From positions 4,325,432 through 4,340,499 of the forward strand of contig NW_003314264.1 of the NCBI RefSeq assembly GCF_000143415.4: a stretch of DNA of 15,068 nucleotides, given 5' to 3'. Below are positions 9,197-15,068 of the stretch, piece by piece. Positions within the stretch are counted from its first letter, which is position 1. The number at the start of each line of letters is the position of its first letter. The position numbers and the translations under genes were made by a program. The notes under the pieces were generated by a model. It saw nothing but the letters and a program-made list of their open reading frames with translations, had not been told where the DNA came from and did not search any database. Origin of the DNA: Selaginella moellendorffii. Lineage: Eukaryota > Plantae > Lycopodiophyta.

Positions 9197-9753
9197 CCAT
9201 TCCTTCATTTAATGGCCTAAGGCCTTGAAATTTGGGTTCCACACAACTATCCTTTAGACACATGGCATGTGACATGTGGCACATAACATGTCACACATGG
9301 AGGGTTTAGAGGGTTTAAATTCTGCTTCCGTGGTTATCCTATGGTAAAGCACTATAGGATAAAGGGTAAAAATCACATGTGCTACAAATGGTCAAGCAGA
9401 AGCAACAAACAAAACATTGAAGACCATCCTCAAGAAAGTCATCAATGATTCCGGCAAAGACTGGGATGAAAAACTTCTTGACATACTTTGGGCCTATCGA
9501 ATTGCATATAAAGTCACCACCGACATGATGCCATTAAAACTCGCCTTTGGAACATAAGCCATCACGCCAATTGAATTCATCGTCCCAAGCATGCGAGTCA
9601 CCGTCAAGTATAATCTCGACATGCAATTTGAGAAAGGCTTCAGCAACTCGAATGTCTTGACGAGCTTCAACCCAACGCCCTCTAGACACTTCACACCATC
9701 CAAAAACAGCAAAAAGCTCAGCACGATCGACAAGCATCCCGGCACAATATTCC

Positions 9754-10218
9754 GAAATACAGCATCAACGATCATGTTCTCTGGTACCAAGGACCCATCA
9801 GCCAAACTCCCAAACATGGAACCAAGGAGCAATAGCACTGGAGTACGGAATGACTCCTGAGCATATAGCCCAAGGAGTGAAGGGATAAAAGCACGGAATG
9901 ACTTAGAACAGTTCTAGAGTATCCAGCATCCCTATGCTAGGACTAACACACAAAATGGAGCCAAATGGAGTCTGGTGTTATTTTAGCATACCGGTGGCAT
10001 AACGCAAAGATATGGGTATTCCACCAACTAACATGGAATGGAACTTGGGCTTAGACCCAAGCCGAACGCAGAACAAGGATAGGCACGCAAGCATGAGTTA
10101 GACTATGCCTCAGGTTGGTCAGCCATGCCCGAACTACCCACTATCCCTACTATACATTTGGAACCCCCTGAAATACAGCGTCAACGATCATGTTCTCTGG
10201 TACCAGGGACCCATCGGC
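9754..10218 (+). repeat. 49-bp direct repeat flanking the inverted LTR (9754-9802 and 10170-10218)
   Basis: GAAATACAGC(A/G)TCAACGATCATGTTCTCTGGTACCA(A/G)GGACCCATC(A/G)GC, with 3 A/G mismatches. Confidence 0.92.
9801..10168 (-). mobile_element. Inverted solo LTR copy, with terminal TG/CA trimmed
   Basis: The reverse complement aligns end to end with 8831-9195 (e.g. GGCTTGGGTCTAAGCCCAAGTTCCATTCCATG, GGATACTCTAGAACTGTT, TTGCTCCTTGGTTCCATGTTTGG), with mostly transition differences. Confidence 0.9.
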
Positions 10219-10699
10219 AAACTCGGCTGGAAACTCCACACCAACTGGAAAGGACCTTCTAAAATCATTGCACTCTACCCCAATGGCACTGTCAAAGTCA
10301 GCACACTTGCTGAAGACTTCACTAGATCGTCAACCTCAACAAGCTTTGACCATATCACGTTGACATGTTCAGCATCAGCACCTCAGCAAATTTCCAACCA
10401 GAACCGACAAACACCTTGAAACCAACAATCGACAATCACCGGTAGCCAAACTTTAACTCAACTCAGTTAGACACAACTCAACTCGACTCAACACGAACTC
10501 ATCCACCAACTTCAGCAACAAACAGCAGCAAAAATTATAAGTTCCAAGCTACCGTTGGATCAACGCCACCTCAGCAGATATCAACAGTTGAACTTGAGTT
10601 AACTTCATCAGCAATATCCACCATTGATCTTCAATCAAGCCAAGTCAAACCAAATCAATTCGGTCAACAAATCTCTACCATTTATCACCAGCAATCAAG

Positions 10700-11540
10700 C
10701 GCCACATGATCAGCCAACCAACAGTTACGGGTCTCAAGAACCCTAACAGGGGAAGCACTTTGATCTGAAGAGAAAGATGCCAGCTCATCCACCCCGGCGC
10801 CTCAGATACATCATACACCATATTCCTAGGCTTCCCAGCAACGACATAACCACTTTGGCTCAAGGACAATGGATTCTAGCTCCAGCCATCAACAAGCCGA
10901 TTATCTGGTCGAATATCAAGATGGTTCCTTTTACTACAAGAATACAACTTCGAAATCGTCCACAAACCTGGCAAAAATCACTAGCAAGCAGATTATTACA
11001 ATTATCAACATGTCTAAGTGCACATACAAAAGGGTCTGGGAGAATGCTCTAATCCTGAATATTACTGTCCGCATGGTTTCTCACCACACCTCTTCAACAT
11101 TTCTCCTACCACTGTTAACTTAACGTCGACACGGGGGACAATTTCAGATTCCAATCACTTCAATCTCCTTGTATTGTCCACAGCCAGTGTCAGACATAGT
11201 GCAGCCTTCTCTTTGCTTAATCTTTGTTAAATTATAATTGGAGAAAATGTGATCTAAGCCAGAATTTCTTTCTTGCTTTCTTACTTTATTCTGATTCATG
11301 TTGTGTTCCCATTGTACTTCTAAATTCACAAAAGACCTGCTCGTTCTTGCGCCTCTATTTGACGTCGATGCTGGCGACCAAGATACTTTTCCAGCCCAAC
11401 CTCAAAGAATCGGTTTCTTCAAGGACCTGCCCTACTTTCCTATCGATCCAGAGGAAGATACAATATTTCTCCTACACTCCATCACAAATTGCATGGCGAG
11501 TAACTTCGGACATTGACACCGGCCCCTCCAAGGAGGGACA
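10700..11540 (+). pseudogene. Fragmented extra ORF(s) downstream of the second integrase, possibly ending at a PPT-like AAGGAGGGA (about 11530)
   Basis: A chain of overlapping short + strand ORFs with protein-like segments (ECSNPEYYCPHG, LCSHC, GFFKDLPYFPIDPEED). No recognised domain. Confidence 0.25.
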
Positions 11541-11591
11541 TTCCTTATTCATTCATAATAGTAATGCCCATAACTAGTTTCAGCAACTAGA

Positions 11592-12430
11592 CTAGACAGG
11601 CAGAGCGATACCCCCTGCAGCGCAGAGATCAGCTCCGGTGTTGCGATCGTAGAGACTGCAGCCCTCTTTCATGTCCTCGCAGCTGCGGCGTGCATTCCTG
11701 CAAGACTGCAGGGTGGTGCCCTGAAAAGTTACAGACTTGGTACAAATGGACACTCTGGGCAGGCAAACGAGGGCGCAAACCCCCATGGGGTCTTCAGTAG
11801 GCAGGCAGGTGCTGTTTGCGGATGGATTCTCCAAGTAGATGCAACCGGATTTCCCGAAGCAGCAACCACAGTTATCTTTGGAGACCTCGGCATTGCAGAC
11901 CTCCACAATCGAATCAAGCTTACACTTCCTTCCTGCCATGAGCTCTATCGGAGAGGGCTGAGCTTCCTGAACATAATGAACAAGGCGGTTACCTTGATCT
12001 GTGCCCTGCTGCTCCAGCCGCGGGATGGGGTCACCGTTAACGATGTTGTAGTAACCGCATCCAGGTTGTCGGGGTGGGAGTTTTCCCTTGAGCACCTTGA
12101 TGCCTGATGTTGGGAATCCTGATGAAGGCAATGGGCATACGGCCAACTTCGGACCTTGGCACTCCCGGGTACAAGCCCTTGAATCACCGCCAATGCAAGT
12201 GACTTGTCCTGAACCAGGTTGCAGATAGACACAACCTTTCTTCAGACTACAGCAGTTGCTGCAATCGGTATAGGTGAGGTCACCATTGCAAACCTCGACG
12301 ACACCACCTTGAGCAGCTGCAAGAACAGGAGTCCGAGTTAGAATCGAACATACAAGTGGAGATCTCTCTCACAGGATAACGAGGCCAACAGAAGAAGAAC
12401 GAGCACGGGGAGATTGCCGCTTCCAGCCAT
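11592..12430 (-). CDS. Secreted multi-repeat potato type II (Pin-II, MEROPS I20) serine protease inhibitor, 260 aa, 2 exons (12430-12373; 12316-11592)
   Basis: Signal peptide MAGSGNLPVLVLLLLASLSSAQG, split by a 56-nt phase-1 GT-AG intron (12372-12317, CTAAC branch site) as in Pin-II genes. Motifs CSNCCSLKKGCVY...TC...ACTREC...AVCP and CGCCFGKSGCIY...TC...VCALVC...SIC. The frame is intact. Confidence 0.88.
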
Positions 12431-12571
12431 ACTTCTCTATTGCAGATCTGATGGGCTTTTGAAGTCCAGCATTGGTGCTTTAGAAATGTTCAAAACGTGT
12501 GTCCTTGACACAATGGATATCTTAATGCAGTAAGATAAGCCCTCTCACCACGGATGTGACGGGCGAGCTGA

Positions 12572-12620
12572 ATGTCCTTTGGCAATGCCAAAGGACATCT
12601 AATGCCAAATTGGCATTAGA
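12572..12620. promoter_or_regulatory. Two abutting perfect inverted repeats in the 513-bp divergent intergenic region
   Basis: ATGTCCTTTGGCA-A-TGCCAAAGGACAT (12572-12598) and TCTAATGCCAA-A-TTGGCATTAGA (12598-12620). The regulatory role is inferred from position only. Confidence 0.5.
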
Positions 12621-12943
12621 TAGTGGCTTGCTTTGCGAAGATTCACCGGTAAAATGCGGGAACAATGCCCAGTCTCAGCACAAAAACAAATATCAGCTCC
12701 AGTGTTGCAAACAATTTATGATGAATGAAAACATTCAAAGTTGTTTTAACTTTGTTTTCATGAGATTTCTATAATGCCAGGAACTTAACCACGTCCATCC
12801 CTGGGAACAGATTTGCAGTTTCAATCTCAGTGTGAAAGCATCTTTATCCCCCACAAACCACTTAAAATATTCAAAGTTCTTTGTAACTTTGCTTTTATAA
12901 TTGAGACACCGAGCCATGGGTTCTCTGCGTAGCCTTACCGCAG

Positions 12944-14965
12944 ATGAAGTTGCTTGTGCTCTCGGCCTGCATTCTTGTTCTCTTCTCGTGCCATGGACAC
13001 GCACTGATTTCTGTGCAGCAAGGCGATCTGTCGGAGGTGGACAGCTCCACGGCGATCCTGAGAATGAGCGGCGACTCCCTCCACAAACAGGTATGGTGGC
13101 AGTTCCTCCCCCTCCAGGACAGGCGTCCCGAGGCCTTTCTCCGGTACATGGTTGGCGCTGTACACAACCAGTCACGCTGCGATTTTGGGCACGAAGACCA
13201 AAATCTGACGGATCGGGCTAAATCGGAGATCAGGCAGAAGAAGGGTCTGTTAGGCACGAGGGGAGCAGCCATTGCAGAGTACCAGTCCGTCGACCACATC
13301 AAGAGCCTGGGAACGATGCGTGTCACAGTATGGATCCTGGCTTACTTGTGTGTTGGCGACAACAACAAAGATGACAGTAAGGCTTGCGACAGTGTGGCTC
13401 CAGTCATACTCACTACGATCGGGGAGAAGCCAGCGTTTAGAACAGTCTGGGAGATGTCCGAGTCCATAAGAACCTCTAAAGAGAATGGAGAAGATAAGTT
13501 TAGCCAGACAGTTAGCAACTCTTTAACAGCAAGAATTCTCGAGCTCTCCAGCAACAGCCGCCAAGTCAAGCTGCTCAATAGCTCGGATGTGAAAATCAAA
13601 AGCTTTCAAGATGGCACACTTACCTCCTGCTCAAACAAGACGAGGACTGACAGTAAAACCAGCGCTAGACGTAATATGATGGATGAAGATTTCCCATATA
13701 TGATGGACAGAGATATGAGCAGGTCCCGAGCGGATAAAGATAAGACGGAAACTATCACAAGGGCCGGAGACCCATATACGATGGGAGATAAAGATCTAGA
13801 TACGATGGACAGTGATATGCGCAGGTCCCGAAAGCAAGCAAGAATTGCAAATGCCTGGAGCGTGCAGGCCGAGACAATACTGGGCATAAAAGCTGTCGTG
13901 AAGAAAGCTTCTGACGCGGGTTACTATGCAGTGGAGAGATGCTATCGAATGGACGACAAATTCAACAGCAGCAAGCAATACTGCCGGGTTTTGGGAATGA
14001 AGCAGCCACTAAATTTTCTAGGAGAGGAAGTCAATATCAGCGAATGCGAGCAACAAGTACACACACCTGTTTTAGCGTCTGGCTCGACGGGAAGCTTTGT
14101 TGCATGCTCAAACTCTAGCGCCGATGGCGAAGGCTACCTGTGTGTCCAAGGCAATGGGAACCGAAAAGACGTGCTATCGCTGTTCCACCGATTTATCCAC
14201 CTCCGGCATCCTGGAGGAACGACACAAACTTTTCAGAAATAAACTATGTCCAAGGCCTTACCGACTGTGTGGTGCCAGCAGCGAGAGATATGTGCCTGGC
14301 AGGCACCGATTTCATCCCATCTTTCAATGATACCATAGATTCCGAGGTCGGTATCCTTGAAGCATACCTCTTCCAGCTCAAGAACCTGTACATCCAAGCT
14401 CACAGCTCGGCTCTCAACCTGGAACAAGGAGCCGCCACGGATTTCTGGGTGGCAGCCATCGCTCTTCCCAGCACTTTCATCGCCGTGGTGGCTACTACAA
14501 AGCCACTCACAAATTCACAGCTAAGTCGCCTTCGTTCAAAAAACTTGAGAAGGAAAACCCGCTACCTCAAGACCGCTGCTGTTGATCGCCAACTTGCTGC
14601 TGGCCATCGTCTCCTACTCGGCTGTCATCGCCATGATGGGCACAGAAATGCAGAGGCAGGCGAAGTTCGTGACCTGGGGACTCCACGCCGACCAAGTCCA
14701 GATCACGCAGCGTGGTCTCCAGGTGCTCGCGGTTATTCAGGGAGAATCCACCTACAAGTCCAAATCCCTCCTCCTGGCGTGGATTTCCATCGCAGCGCTG
14801 CTGCCAATCGTGGCATTGATCACCGTCCGCCGCTGCATGCAGGTGTTCGAGATCCAGGAGCTGCTGCCTAGGAATTTCAAATTCAAGAGCTTACACCAAA
14901 GAATTAAGTTGAGAAAGAATTTGGGAATCCGTGAATGGCTAAAACTCTATTATTTGTGTAGTTAA
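12944..14965 (+). pseudogene. Apparently intronless signal-peptide / large ectodomain / three-TM membrane protein, split by two frameshifts (about 14140 and 14575); pseudogene or assembly indels
   Basis: N-terminal MKLLVLSACILVLFSCHGHA. Three overlapping ORFs join into about 670 aa. Hydrophobic segments FWVAAIALPSTFIAVVA, LLLIANLLLAIVSYSAVIAMMG and LLLAWISIAALLPIVALITV. Several NxS/T sites. Family not recognised. Confidence 0.6.
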
Positions 14966-15068
14966 TGAGTAATTAAAACTAAGTAGAACCAAATAGGAGC
15001 TGGTATAATAAGTGGGAACCTTAGCAAGGGAACTTAACTAAAACCAAGGCAGTGGTGGTCAGATAGAC
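14909..15068 (+). mobile_element. Decayed fragment of the chromovirus LTR (homologous to 6730-6888)
   Basis: AAGTAGAACCAAATAGGAGCTGGTA...GGGAACCTTAGCAAGGGAACTTAAC...CCAAGGCAGTG...GATAGAC matches 6801-6888, and homology extends back to TTGAGA...TTTGGGAAT. Confidence 0.85.

Larger units (their letters stand above)
9384..10360 (+). pseudogene. Integrase C-terminal half of a non-chromovirus Ty3/gypsy element, interrupted by an LTR insertion
   Basis: TNGQAEATNKTLKTILKKVINDSGKDWDEKLLDILWAYRIAYK...IEFIVPSMRV, later NDHVLWY...KLHTNWKGPSKIIALYPNGTVKV...VNLNKL. Stops and frameshifts are present. Confidence 0.85.

Noticed and set aside
8829-10168. DIRS or Penelope element with inverted terminal repeats
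   Set aside because: The first copy has a PPT and TG...CA ends, the spacer is a gypsy integrase relic, and no tyrosine recombinase, GIY-YIG or PLE RT is visible.
12735-13978. Antisense and alternate-frame ORFs overlapping the membrane-protein gene
   Set aside because: Shadow ORFs of a GC-richer coding region with no independent features.
14519-14560. Intron explaining the second frame change in the membrane gene
   Set aside because: The donor would be CTAAGT rather than GTAAGT and there is no good acceptor. A 1-nt indel is simpler.

Overview
Eukaryotic, almost certainly land-plant, DNA. Very short GT-AG introns (47-66 nt), C>T/G>A-decayed transposons and a Pin-II protease inhibitor gene point to a compact-intron plant such as a lycophyte (inference only). 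There are two 100-N gaps. Left (1-1890): the 3' part of a multi-exon, probably DNA-transposon-associated gene with dispersed palindromic repeats. Centre-left (about 2055-6902): a decayed Ty3/gypsy chromovirus (PR-RT-RH-IN-chromodomain, PPT, 3' LTR). Its integrase is interrupted by short spliceosomal-type introns exactly inside conserved motifs. It is followed by about 370 nt of back-to-back RNA helices starting right after a consensus splice donor, then a 12-bp minisatellite. Centre (6903-11590): nested LTR-element relics, including a 368-bp LTR and an inverted, end-trimmed copy of it flanked by a ~50-bp duplication inside a second integrase. Right: a two-exon, 260-aa multi-repeat Pin-II protease inhibitor gene (minus strand) divergent from a frameshifted signal-peptide/3-TM protein gene whose 3' end runs into LTR sequence. 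The main candidate novelty is an intron-retaining LTR retrotransposon whose integrase needs splicing, possibly with an intron-located structured packaging/export element.
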